Part shown: one piece after another, positions 41,499-52,516 of the stretch
Position numbering within the stretch: the stretch's first letter is position 1
Layout: each line of letters opens with the position of its first letter
NCBI GenBank assembly: GCA_963733295.1
Contig: CAVTCS010000003.1
Coordinates: 1,984,001 to 2,048,000 of the forward strand
Reading direction: 5' to 3'
Length of the DNA: 64,000 nucleotides
Source of the DNA: Vulcanimicrobiota bacterium
GTDB lineage: Bacteria; Vulcanimicrobiota; Vulcanimicrobiia; Vulcanimicrobiales; Vulcanimicrobiaceae
The notes under the pieces: generated by a model
The model's input: the letters and a program-made list of their open reading frames with translations, nothing else
Databases searched by the model: none
Told to the model about the DNA's origin: nothing
Program-made: the position numbers and the translations under genes

Positions 41499-42765
41499 GA
41501 ACCCGAACCCCAACGTCGATGTTTGAATGGACCGAAGGAATGGCTTCAGTGTCCGGTATTGCATGCCTGAAGCCAACGCGCGAAAGCGCGATGTAGAACG
41601 CAGCGACGTTCATCAGCGCCCAGATGGCAAAGCCGACCGTGTAGCCGCCTAGAAGATTCTTGCTGGCCGCCAGGGTGACCGTCATGGTGAAGCCGCAGGC
41701 CGCACCGGCGGCCTTGGCCAGCCCGCTGACCGCGCCCACCTGCCTGAAGTAGAGCGGTATCAGCTTGACGACCGCCGCTGCGGCCGTGCCGGATAGCAGC
41801 GCAAGCCCATAAATGGCGAACAGCTCGACGCGCAGTGAAATCTGCATAGCCAAGACCACGGCCAGAACGACCATAATGCCGAACAACCAGCCCAGCATTC
41901 TCAATGCATCGAAACGATCGGCCAGCCAGCCGCCGAGCGGCCGTGTGATGGCGACACAGACCACCAGCAGCGGGGTGTACAGCATGGATGCCTGGACAGC
42001 ATCCACGTGCCACTTGTCGACCAGATATGTCGGCATCGCCGACGCGAAGAAGGTAAGCGTGCCGAAGGACACCCAGTAAAGGTAGGGCACCAGCCAGACC
42101 ACTACACCCGAACGGTACACGGCGACGATTTCGCGCACCGAAGCACCTTTGTGCTGCCCGTACGGCGAATCGGACGTGAAAAACCAGTAGACCAACGCCA
42201 TCAAGAGTGTGGGAATGGCGAAGATCGGGAATATCAGGCGCCAGCCGTCCGGGCCGCGCAAGACGTGGGTAACTAGGAAAGTTACGGTCATCATGCCGAC
42301 GGTGATTCCGATATTGCCCAGAGCAAAGATGCCAAGGGCTCTACCCTGCTTCGATTTTGGATACCAGGACGCTACATGAGCGTTGCCGACCACGAAGGTC
42401 GCGCCTCCGAGTCCGAGCAGGCACCCCAGCAGCAGCAAGGAGTAGTAGCCGTGGGCGAAGGGCCCGAAAAATAGGGGAACGGCGAGGCACAGAAGCAAGA
42501 GCGTGAAAACCGTCCGGCCGCCGAACTTGTCCGTCAAAACGCCGAGCGGGATGCTGACCGCGGCTGCGAAAAGCGGTTCCACCGCGGCCAGGACGAGCAC
42601 CTGAGTGGCGCTGAAGTTGTACCACTTAATCAAAAATGGGGCGAGCGCGGAAAACATTCCCCAAACCGCAAAACCGAGCGTAAACGCCAGGAACGATACG
42701 AACAAAACCCTGGGGTTGCCCGGCGGATCGGCCATCGGATCAACCGCGACAACTGGACTCTTCAC
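41485..42765 (-). CDS. NarK/NNP-like MFS transporter
   Basis: FAVWGMFS, LTDKFGGR, GLGGATF, GNIG, RPLGGWLADRF. Confidence 0.8.
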   Translation of the reverse strand: MKSPVVAVDPMADPPGNPRVLFVSFLAFTLGFAVWGMFSALAPFLIKWYNFSATQVLVLAAVEPLFAAAVSIPLGVLTDKFGGRTVFTLLLLCLAVPLFFGPFAHGYYSLLLLGCLLGLGGATFVVGNAHVASWYPKSKQGRALGIFALGNIGITVGMMTVTFLVTHVLRGPDGWRLIFPIFAIPTLLMALVYWFFTSDSPYGQHKGASVREIVAVYRSGVVVWLVPYLYWVSFGTLTFFASAMPTYLVDKWHVDAVQASMLYTPLLVVCVAITRPLGGWLADRFDALRMLGWLFGIMVVLAVVLAMQISLRVELFAIYGLALLSGTAAAAVVKLIPLYFRQVGAVSGLAKAAGAACGFTMTVTLAASKNLLGGYTVGFAIWALMNVAAFYIALSRVGFRHAIPDTEAIPSVHSNIDVGVRVHEQV

Positions 42766-43189
42766 GGCTTCCTCCTACCAAAAAATAAGTTTTGATCGCA
42801 GCGGAAGATTTCGATATAGCCTTTGAACCGCGGGAACCGGCTTAGCGAGGCGTCATGCCACCGAATCGGAAGCAACGTTGCGGCCGCCCGAACGCGACTC
42901 GGGTGCGCCCAGCGAGATTTTTGGCGCGGCGTGAGAATGTACCTATGTCCGGTAGTCAGCGAGCCTGCTCTTGAAACGCTTTGAGCACTGCTGTACGAGC
43001 AACTCCGCGGAAACGCCTGTGCCGCTGCTTCCTTTCCGCTCCAGACGATCCCGTTGGTGTCCGTATCCGGAAGTGGCTCATACTGCTCAGTCTACGCATT
43101 CTCAAGTTGCGCCCCGTCAAAATTGCCAGGGGTTCGTGAGAACCGGACCAACGTTGCCGAGGCGTTTCCGCTAGTAGTAGAGTGAGGCG

Positions 43190-43744
43190 ATGAGAAGACT
43201 TGGCGCCACGCTCGGAGTGCTCGCTCTCGCTGCAGGGCTACGCGGTGTCGCTGCACCAGATGCCGCACCTGAGTTTGGGCCGGAACAGAACGGTCTGTCG
43301 CTTAACATCAGGCTCGACGACCGATACACTAGGATCGCCATCGTTGGCACTATCAAGAACTCGAGCAGGCACACCGTTCGCATTTACCCCGCGCTGAACT
43401 GGTCAACGGACTTACGCGTCGTCGACAGCGAAGGTCGAGTCGTCCCGTTTCCAACTCCGACACCCATTAACTACGCGGCAGACGACTGTTCAAGATGCAT
43501 TAGCTACAAGCCATACACCGATTGGGTCATCAAGCCGCATCATACTCGGACGGATCGGGACGATGTGTTCCTAGATGCCTTCCAACTGCCTCCGGGCGAT
43601 TACTCGGTGTCGGCTATCGCGCCTATCCATCCGTACACAGGGGCACCCGCGGACCTATACCTCGGCGCTCTCAGTCAGCCGCCGCTGTTCACACTGACAT
43701 CGAACGTGATTCACGTGTTGGTCCCCCCGTTGATGTCACTGTAG
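43190..43744 (+). CDS. Hypothetical secreted protein
   Basis: GAGG RBS, signal-peptide-like N-terminus, beta-rich body. Confidence 0.6.
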   Translation: MRRLGATLGVLALAAGLRGVAAPDAAPEFGPEQNGLSLNIRLDDRYTRIAIVGTIKNSSRHTVRIYPALNWSTDLRVVDSEGRVVPFPTPTPINYAADDCSRCISYKPYTDWVIKPHHTRTDRDDVFLDAFQLPPGDYSVSAIAPIHPYTGAPADLYLGALSQPPLFTLTSNVIHVLVPPLMSL

Positions 43745-43974
43745 GTATGGAGCGCAGGAAGAAAGGCGCCGCAATGGCGCCAACGGCTGCTCCGCGCAAC
43801 GCCGAGCGTCGCCGCTGATTGACTCAAAGTTCCAGCCATGAGCAGTGGTTCGGCGCCGCGGAGCACTTCCGCTATGGCGGGTTGGTCCTTCAGTGCGGAC
43901 CACCCAGGAAAGGCGCCTCAAAAGGGCCGCCCGCCGCTCCGAAAAGCGCCGCACACGCCCGTCCTATAAGAATT

Positions 43975-44058
43975 TGCGCGAGACTGGACTCGAACCAGCA
44001 CGCCCTTGCGGGCGCTAGCCCCTCAAGCTAGTGCGTCTACCAATTTCGCCACTCGCGC
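43975..44058 (-). tRNA. tRNA-Leu(GAG)
   Basis: GCGCGAG acceptor stem, TGGTAGAC D-arm, CTAGC-TTGAGGG-GCTAG anticodon arm, long variable arm, GGTTCGAGTCC; CCA not encoded. Confidence 0.95.
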
Positions 44059-44087
44059 GGAGTCTTGGTTCTCGAATTTTTTCCCCT

Positions 44088-44096
44088 AGTTTAACA
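44088..44096 (-). promoter_or_regulatory. Putative extended -10 promoter for tRNA-Leu
   Basis: TG-T-TAAACT about 30 nt upstream of the tRNA 5' end in AT-rich context. Confidence 0.45.
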
Positions 44097-44440
44097 CAGG
44101 CTTTTTTCGCTTTTCCGAGGTTCCTGTTGAACCCATTTGGACACATTCCGGGGGCAATCTAGGGCACCTTGGGGCGACCCTTGCGTCCAAATCGTGTTCA
44201 AGTTTCAACCCTTAAGAGGCGGCTCTGAGTGTTCGCAAGCGGGCTTGAGGACGCCTCGGACCCGGCGGGCGCCCCGTGGCAACGGACCCGACGGCTCATG
44301 AACCGGAACGATCAATGGCGCGCGAACAGCGCCGCCGAACTCCCGGCCTTCAATACAAAGGGCAGTATGCACGTGAAAGCGAGGACTCGCATCGCCTCGG
44401 CAAACCAGCTCGACCAATCCGACCGCGCCAGGATTTGGAT

Positions 44441-44950
44441 TTGAAACGCATTTCAGCGCTAACCTTCGCGCTAGTCCTCGTTCTTGGCACTTCTGCCCAA
44501 CCGCAGCCTACAATCACCCCCGAGGAAGAGGAACAACTTCAGCAAGATGTCTGGATGGCGTCCGGCGGCCCCTGGCACTACGCTACGATCCATTGCGTCG
44601 AGACGACGGTCAAGTGGGTCGGGTACCGCCTCTACGACTACAAGACGCACGAGCCGTCACGCGATAGCGGAAGCGCCGTGACCTTTTCCACTCGCCTCGG
44701 GCTCGAGGGATCGCAAGGGCCGAACGCGCCATCGGTCAGAGCAGGGGTAACGAAATACGGGACCGATCCGATCATTGCGGCTGAGCGCGCTGGCGACAAA
44801 GTTCAGGTCTGCCTCCTTTCGATCCCGGAGCCGAGCAGGTGGTGCAATCCGGACCGCGACTCCCGGGGTCGAAAGTACAGAGTGTACGATTATCGCCAAA
44901 AGGCAGCATACGTCGGTGAGAACGGCGAGCACTACTGCGGCGGCGCCTAA
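44441..44950 (+). CDS. Hypothetical secreted protein with 4 Cys
   Basis: TTG start, MKRISALTFALVLVLG signal peptide. Confidence 0.6.
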   Translation: MKRISALTFALVLVLGTSAQPQPTITPEEEEQLQQDVWMASGGPWHYATIHCVETTVKWVGYRLYDYKTHEPSRDSGSAVTFSTRLGLEGSQGPNAPSVRAGVTKYGTDPIIAAERAGDKVQVCLLSIPEPSRWCNPDRDSRGRKYRVYDYRQKAAYVGENGEHYCGGA

Positions 44951-44960
44951 GGGTGCTCAA

Positions 44961-46262
44961 GTGAGCATTATTTCGGGCAACGCACATAGTCCGGCGACGA
45001 CACATCTCTTCGCGCTCATTCTTACTGTGATGCTGTTGCTCGCGTCGCCCCAGATGATATACGCAAGCCAGTCAGGCTCTCTAAGCATTCAGGTTTCTGA
45101 TTAAGCCAGATCCCTTAGTGAACCGCCTGCCTCAGGCGCAAAGGTCCACATCGTCTTTTCGAATGGGGATGAAAACACGTCGACTACCGATGTGAACGGC
45201 CACGTCGCCTTCTTCGGGTTACCAGAAGGCGGAGCGGTAGTGACAATTCAGTCAGGCCACGAGAAGTGCAGTTTTTACGGGTCCGTTGCCGCGGGATACG
45301 TAAGCCGCGCCTGGATCGTACTAAATGGGTATTCCTCTGACTGTCTTTTTAGTGAGTACGTAGATATAATGAGTCCGATACCGAACGATCAGCTTTCGCA
45401 CGTTACCGGTGTCGTGATCTCGAATTGCTGCCAGCCGTCCGCAAGTGCTACCATTCGCTTGCAGTGGCCGGGCGGAGACATCGTGAGGACAACTGACCGG
45501 CGCGGCTATTTCTTAATCACCGGCGTACCGAGCGGCGCGACGGAGTTCAGCGTAACAAAGAGCGGCCGCACCACATGCGAGCATCAACTCGACGTGGCCC
45601 AAGGCGAAGACGTACGGCTTCTCGTGCACCAGCCTCCATCAACTCTTGTGGCCGAGCAGCCATCTTGCGCCTGGCACCTGTTCGACATCGGACAGTTCTA
45701 TCCGATAAGGGATGCTCAATCGGCGCAAATCGTACCAGCTTCAGTCCGAACGGAGCAACAAATTGCATTCGCGATGGACAAGCTTTGGCAATTTAGGGTG
45801 TCGCGGTCGATTAGCGAGTTATCTGCAACCGTAAAGGCTCTAGGCGCCGTGCAGATTGACGAAAAGTCACCGGAATACAACTTTTGGGAACGTCGCGATG
45901 TCCTGCGCGCATACGTCATCGTCCTGCGAGCAATTCAAGAAGCATCCGACCCGACGCTTAACTTGTCCGATCCGAGACAGGTCGGCTCTTGGCCGGTGAT
46001 GCCCATCTCCAGGATGACCGACCCAAACCCCGCCGTACGGGCGCAATACGAATTAATAATGAAGAGCAACGAGGCAAAAATGCGACGCGCTACCTACGAG
46101 GCTCAGCTGCGTAACTGGGATGCATTTGCAGTTGGGTACTTGACTACGATGCTCACGGTATACAAGAGCTTCAACACCCCCAGCGACACTGAATTAAGAA
46201 ACATACTAGACCAGAGCGGTCTAACAGACTCCGATAAGGAGATGATCGGGCGGTACATTTGA
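44961..46262 (+). pseudogene. Secreted protein with two carboxypeptidase-regulatory-like beta domains and helical C-terminus; in-frame TAA at 45102-45104
   Basis: ORFs 44775-45104 and 45192-46262 share a frame with no other stop; TTDVNGH and TTDRRGYF..GVPSG motifs. Confidence 0.6.
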
Positions 46263-46308
46263 GTCTGCCGGGGGCATGGCGCAACGAGTCGCTTCCTAGA
46301 GGAGGGGC

Positions 46309-47024
46309 GTGATGCGCTACGTCTTCTTCGGCTCGGGCGACGTTCGGGCCGGTTGGAGGCTGCTTGCCTTCATACTACTGCCGCGTGCCAATCGCGCTGC
46401 TCCGCGCGATCGTTTTCGCGTTCGTTCCGAAAAACGCGACAATCGGCTTTCCACATTATCTGGGCGGGATAGCGGACCCAATCGAGTTGGCCGAGATCGA
46501 GGGCATCATCCTCATCTCCGTCACGTTCGCGACCGCGCTGATGGCAAGGTTCGAGCATCGCGCGCTAGGATCGTACGGCGTGCCATGGCGGCTCGCATTC
46601 GGGAGAGCGTTCTGGGAGGGCACGCTCTGGGGATTCGCTGCGATAAGCTTCGCGATTGCGATCATCGTCATCGGTGGCGGCGGCCATATCGACGGACTTG
46701 CTCAACAAAGTGCAACGGCGATTTTCGAATGGGCCCTACTCTGGGCGTTCGCTTCGGTGATCGTCGGGCTGGCCGAGGAGTCGCTGTTTCGCGGCTACGT
46801 GCAGAACACGCTTGGGTCGAGTATCGGGTTTTGGCCCGCAGCCGCGATCCTGTCGCTGCTGTTCCTCAGGTTTTCACCTCCTCAACGCTGGCGAGACCGC
46901 TGTCGGTCTCGTGGCATTCGGGTTCTTTTGCCTCACGCTCTGGCTGACCGGGAACCTATGGTTTGCGATCGGCTTTCATGCGGCTTGGGACTGGGGTCAG
47001 TCGTTCTTCTACGGCGTCCCTAAC
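46309..47024 (+). pseudogene. CPBP/CAAX intramembrane protease, frameshifted and truncated by IS3
   Basis: RAGWR, EESLFRGY, WFAIGFHAAWDW in three frames. Confidence 0.8.
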
Positions 47025-48583
47025 AGCGGAAATTTTCAGTACGCTTGAGTCCAGTAAGTGTTGAGTTTAGTGTGTTAAGCGACCTGGTCGACGATTTCGG
47101 CAGGTCGATTGATATACGATGCAACGGGTAGCTGGCCGGCTTTTGGTTTGCCGCGTACGAAGCGCTCAGGATGCGCGGTGTAGGCAGCGTCGAGAATGCC
47201 TTGCCGCCGCTCCAAGAGAGCGCCGGCGCGGCCGAAGTGAACGTCAGCTGGAGCGAGAAGCGCGAGCGCGCTGTGGCGATGTTGCGTGTTATACCATTCG
47301 ACGAACGCGCGGCAGAACGCTCGTGCCTCTGCGATATTGGAAAACGTCGCGGGAAATTCCGGCTGGTACTTGGCAGTTTTAAGAACGATTCGATGTGCGG
47401 GTTGTCATCGGAAACATGCGGGCGGGAATGGCTCTTGGTTACACCGAGATCGGCGAGCAAGAACGCGACTGGTTTCGAAGTCATCGAGTTACCGCGATCT
47501 GCATGTACGGTGAGCTTCTTGGGATCTACGCATTCTTTCTTGATCGTTTCGGAGAGCAACATGCGTGCCAACGCGGAGCTCTCACGATCGGCGACCATCC
47601 AGCCGACGACGTAGCGACTATAGATGTCGACGATGACGTAGAGGTAAAAATACGTCCACTTCTGCGGACCATGCAATTTGGTGATATCCCAGGCAAAAAC
47701 CTCGCGCGGCGCGGTTGCGCACAATTCGGCTTCACGTGCGCAGGACGCGTGGCTTGATCGCGTCGCTCGCCGACTTCCCCGGAGCGGTGAAGAACCCGAT
47801 ACATCGTGGACAGCGAGAAATGATAGACGCCTTCGTCCAAGAGCGTTGCGTAAATATAGGGCACGCTGCGATCGATGAATCGATGCTGGTGAACCGCGTC
47901 CAAGACTGCTTCGTTCTCTCGGGTGTCCAGAGCTAACGATGATCCGCGCCGGGCGCGTTTCTCGCGTCGTTCAGTGCGCTCGACCAGCCGTTCTTGATAA
48001 CGCCGCTGCTGTCGAGAAGAGCGCGGCACGAGTTGGTGACGTCGTCGAAAGCTCGCGCGGGAATGCCCCATCTGCTCGCACGCTTGGCGTTCGCCAACGC
48101 TCAACGGCAAGATTCACTAACGACTTGTTCCACGGCGGCAAGTCCATCTGATCCGCGCTCTCGCCGACTACAGCACGCAAGAGCGCGTAGGCTTTTCCCT
48201 GGACAGCGATAATCGTTCCGCTTTAGCTAAGCGTAGCTGCAGACGCTCGTTTTCTTTGCGCAGCCGCGTGTTCTCAACAGCGTTGGGATCGGGCTTACGA
48301 CCGCGTTTCGCCTCCAGCGGCGCGCCACCAGCGAGCTGCTTTCGCCAACCAGCGATATGCGATGAATAAATCCGTTCGCGGCGGCAAAGTGCCGCTCGCC
48401 CCACGGAGGACGCTTGCTCATACTCTTCGAGAATCCGCGCCTTATCAGCTGCGGAGAATCGGCGGCGCGAAGCCTTGGCTGGTACCTCGGGATCCGAAAT
48501 CGTGCCCTTGGATTGCATGCGTGAAACCTTTCACGCCCTCAGTAATTAAGTCCGGGTAGGTGGTCTCACGCTATGCTGAAACA
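47025..48583 (-). mobile_element. IS3-family element, degraded
   Basis: orfA 48168-48518 (RRRFSAADK), orfB fragments WDITK..DIYSRYVVGW..HADRG; imperfect IRs TTTCAGCATAGCGTGAGACCA / TTTCAGTACGCTTGAGTCCA; no TSD seen. Confidence 0.85.
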
Positions 48584-48934
48584 GAGGGCAGCGGGCTCGA
48601 CGCCCAGACTTCATTGATTTCGAGAAAATGAGACAAACCATGCCACGACCGCTAGGACCACGGTCCCGACAAAGCAGTAAGCAAAAGAATCGAAAGGGTA
48701 AATGCCGCGCAGTCGAGAGACCTCGAGCCCAACCAGAAAGCCAATTCCTAGTGCACACAGCTCAAGTTTAAGCCTTTATACTGCTCGCCGCGTTGCCTGT
48801 CGCGCTGCTCAGCGCGATCATCTTCGCGCTTGCTCCCCAAGACGCGCGCAGTTCCGGTGCGAAGGCAAAAGCGTCCGACGCACACGACATCTTAGCCGTG
48901 TCCGTCACATCGTGGTTCAAGCAGGACGAGCCGA

Positions 48935-49350
48935 TCACCTAGGGCGTCGAGAAACGACAAAGGCGCTTAGTACTGTGCCAATTACTGCCCAATTTACCGG
49001 CGCCGAGGAAAACTCCATAAAAGGACCCGACGAAGCCGGTTGACCTGTTCTGTTCAGCGCCCACGATACCACGCCCCTTAAAATAAACGTTCCCATCGAG
49101 AAAGCAGAGAGATAGCCCATAACTTGGTTCGTTGGGCGCGAACGAAAGACTGCATAGGCCAGGCCGACAAAGACCAGCAATGCGATAGCGGCTTCTGCGC
49201 TCCATCGATCACAGTCGTTACGATACCCCAGTCCTCCTGGGAAAGGGGTGGGGCTGGTTGCAAGAGGTGATAAACGGCTCCCGTGATGGCACCTGATACT
49301 GCTCCTGCGAGGCCAGCATACGCTGTGGTTTGAGAATTATCGGGGTTCAT
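48935..49350 (-). CDS. Small membrane protein, candidate immunity protein for the Rhs-PLA2 toxin; frameshift near 49190
   Basis: ATG 7 nt after the toxin stop; several hydrophobic segments across two frames. Confidence 0.5.
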
Positions 49351-49357
49351 CCGGGTA

Positions 49358-50257
49358 CTAACGGGGTGCAGGTTCCGGATTAGGTGGATTTTGAAGAGCA
49401 TGAAACGAGTTGCACGCGGGACTGTTACCGGGCCGAAATGTGCCCTCAATGATAAACTTGGCAAGATAGTTGTTCAAAGTAGGCTTCGTGGCACGGGAAC
49501 AAGCAGCGAGCTTTGTGTCGCAGTCGCACTTGCATCCCAGAATGCCCGCGAAGCACTTACCACTTTTTCCCACACATCGTGGCATTAGATCATGCCGCCT
49601 ACAGCAATCGTCCAAGAGGTCTACGGCATCACCTTTCCCGTTGTCATATGCGACAACCGGGTAATCGGTTTCTGCACGACCGAGTATCAAAGGCATACCC
49701 TGGGCCGCAGAAATTACCATAAAGAGCGAATTGACCATCCTTTCCTGGGTTCGGTTGGGATGGGAAATTCCATCTCGGGATACCAGGGCCTAAGAGCGGA
49801 TTCAACCCTAAGCGGTCTGTCAAAGCAGTAGGATTGTCAAAAGCATATTGATAAGGCCCGTGCCCCTCGCGAAGTCCTAGGAATCAGCCTGCGTGTACCT
49901 TCCCCAAACAGGACGATACCAGCGCGCGTTATTGTAGTTGCGGTCGGAAGAAAAGTCGTACGATTGGCCTGGGAAGGCCAGGAGCGAGGCGCCAGCCGTG
50001 TTCACGCGCGTCGCAAAGACGCGGCCGTAGGGTTCGTACTCGACCTGCCAGGTGATCGCGGGCGTCATACTGGTCGAATGAGCGGCGTGCCGAGGTGATC
50101 GGCGAAGGTCCAATGCGTCCCCGTCGTATCAACCTGTGCCACCGGTCAATTTCCGAACCAGATCTCTTTGATGTTTGCGAAAGAGTGGTGTAGATCTTTT
50201 CGATCAGGTTCTGATTCTGATCGAAAAAGAAGTTGTATGCCCCGCGCACGATGCCGC
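49358..50257 (-). pseudogene. Orphan Rhs core + phospholipase A2-like toxin domain, frameshifted, 5' part removed at IS3 end
   Basis: DHLGTP, YEPYG, FPGQ, YNNARWY..GRYTQAD, YQYAFDNP..TDRLGL, then YGNFCGPG and DLLDDCCRRHD..CDCD. Confidence 0.8.
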
Positions 50258-51430
50258 CGGGTTTGAGCCCCGGAATATAGTCCAATGGGAATTGTGGGTT
50301 TCCGGCGAAGATGGCCTGCAAAGGAGACCCGCATGCGCAAGCGACGCTACACCGAGGCGCAAATTGTCGCAATTCTTCACGAGCTCGATGCTGGTCGACC
50401 CGCCGTCGAACTCGCTCGCAAGCACGGCGTTCACGTCAACACGTTGCGCCTTTGGCGAGGCAAATACGCCGGCCTCGACGTCAGCGATCTCACGCGCCTG
50501 AAAGAGCTTGAATCCGAGAACTCGCAGATGGAGCGCATCATCGCCCGCCAGGCGCTGGAGATCCGCGCGATGTCCGAGGTGATTCGAAAAAACGGGTGGG
50601 GCCCTCGAGCGCGAAAAAGAAGCGGTGAGGGCGCTCGAAACCGAGGGCATGAGCCAACGCCAAGCCTGTCGACTCGCAAGCTGCCCCGGGCCGACGATGC
50701 GATACAAACCACGCAAGCGCCCCGGCGAGGACCACGTCCGCGATCGGCTGCGTTGCATCGCACAAGAGCGACCGAGATTCGGATGGCGGCGGCTAAGGAT
50801 TCTGCTCAAGCGAGAAGGCCTCGTAATGAACCACAAGCGTCTTCGCCGTCTGTACTGCGCTGAAGGGCTGCAAGTTCGGCCGCGCAAGAAGCGGCGCGTG
50901 CGACTCGCCCGCGGCCATGTCTCGCCGGCGCCAACGAAGCTCAATGAGGAATGGGGCTTGGATTTCATGGAAGAATACCTGATGACCAAGCGCAAAATCC
51001 GCTTGCTGACGATCGAAGACCGCTTCAGCCGCGAAGGCCTCGCTCTCGATCCGGACTTCTCGCTTACCAGTCGACGCGTTATTCGAACGCTCGACGACAT
51101 CGCCGAGCTGCGGGGATATCCCGCTCGCCTTCGCGTCGATAATGGCCCGGAGAACGTCGCCGGCGCGATGCTGCAGTGGTCGATCGACCACAACGTCTTG
51201 CTGCATTTCATCGATACCGGGAAGCCGGCGCAAAATGCGTGGATCGAGTCGTTCAACGCGCGCGTCCGCGACGAGTTCCTCAACGTGCAGTATTTCCAAA
51301 CGCTTCCGCATCTGCGCGATGGCGCCGACGCGTGGCTCGTCGACTACAAATGGGATGAGCAGGCCGGTCACCTAATACGGGATGCAGCGACGCTCCCAAG
51401 CAGACTGAACTGCAGAAAGGTAACCGGCCC

Positions 51431-52516
51431 ATGGCGAATCGTATCACACAGTCAAGGCAGCGCAAAGATCCCACTATCTTCACGACCATGGGCCTCGACA
51501 TTGGCGATTGACGAAGCCACTATTGCCTAATTGATGATCATGGGGAAATTCTCCAGCAAGGCACCGCTGCGACAACTCACCGAGGCGTTGTCAGCATGCG
51601 GAGCGGTTAAAGCCGCATCGAGTGGCTCGAGAAAACGGTACGCATGCAGGCTGGATCAGCCGAACGCTGCATGAATGTTCTCGCGACGTGATTGTCGCCA
51701 ATACTTGGGAGCTTCGCAAGATCTCTAAAGTCAGCGTAAGAATGATCGCTCGGACGCTGAAGTCCTTGCCCGACTTGCGCGCGTTGATCCTACTCTTCTT
51801 TCGCCCATCACATTTCGCGCCGTCGAGCAACAAACCGACTTAGCGACGATAAAGGGACGCGACGTACTAGTCCGTGCTAGGACGAGCTGCGTGAATGCAA
51901 TTCGAGGCTTATTAAAGAGCTTTGGTACGAGGTTGCCGACGAAATCACCGAAGAGCGTGTCGGCGGAGATGCTTGTCAACGTCCCGGAAGCATTACGCGT
52001 CGCGATCTCACCTTTGCTTGAGAGCATTGAGTCGATAAACGAGCAGATCAAGAAATACGACCACGAGATCGCGCGGCTCGCCGAAGAGCGCTATGCATCG
52101 ACCGAACTGTTGCAGCAAGTCACGGGCGTCGGCCAATTGACCGCACTCACGTACATTCTTACTATTGGAAACCCAGGCCGATTCGCAAAGAGCCGCGATG
52201 TCGGTGCATACCTTGGCTTAACGCCGCGACAGCGCGATTCTGGCGAACTACACTCTCAGCTTCCGCATTTCGAAAGCCGGCAACGCGTACTTGCGCAAGC
52301 TATTGGTTGGCTGTGCTCACTACATTCTGGGTCTGTTTGGTCCCGATTGCGACTTGCGGCGGTTTGGGCAAAGTCTGTCCCATCGAGGTGGAAAAAACTC
52401 TAAAGAAACGAGCCATCGTCGCAGTCGCTCGAAAGGTTGCGATCCTGCTGCATCGACTCTGGATGACCGGTGAAGTATACCGGCCCCTAATCGAGACTGC
52501 TTCCGCTACCTCCTAG
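51431..52516 (+). pseudogene. IS110 DEDD recombinase, premature stop and frameshifts
   Basis: MGLDIGD*RSHYC, KNDRSDA, GVGQLTA, VGAYLGLTPRQRDSG, KKRAIVAVARKVA. Confidence 0.88.

Noticed and set aside
42844..42860. Sigma-54-like promoter TGGCAT..CGCT upstream of the NarK-like gene
   Set aside because: GG to GC spacing is 11 nt, not the required 10
43745..44200. Integrase/att-defined island at tRNA-Leu
   Set aside because: No integrase ORF and no duplicated tRNA 3' end seen
40575..44440. Complete diversity-generating retroelement
   Set aside because: No reverse transcriptase, accessory gene or AAC-rich template repeat found in the window by eye
45102..45104. Programmed stop readthrough or recoding
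   Set aside because: TAA in a decaying island with no recoding signal; a simple nonsense change is more likely
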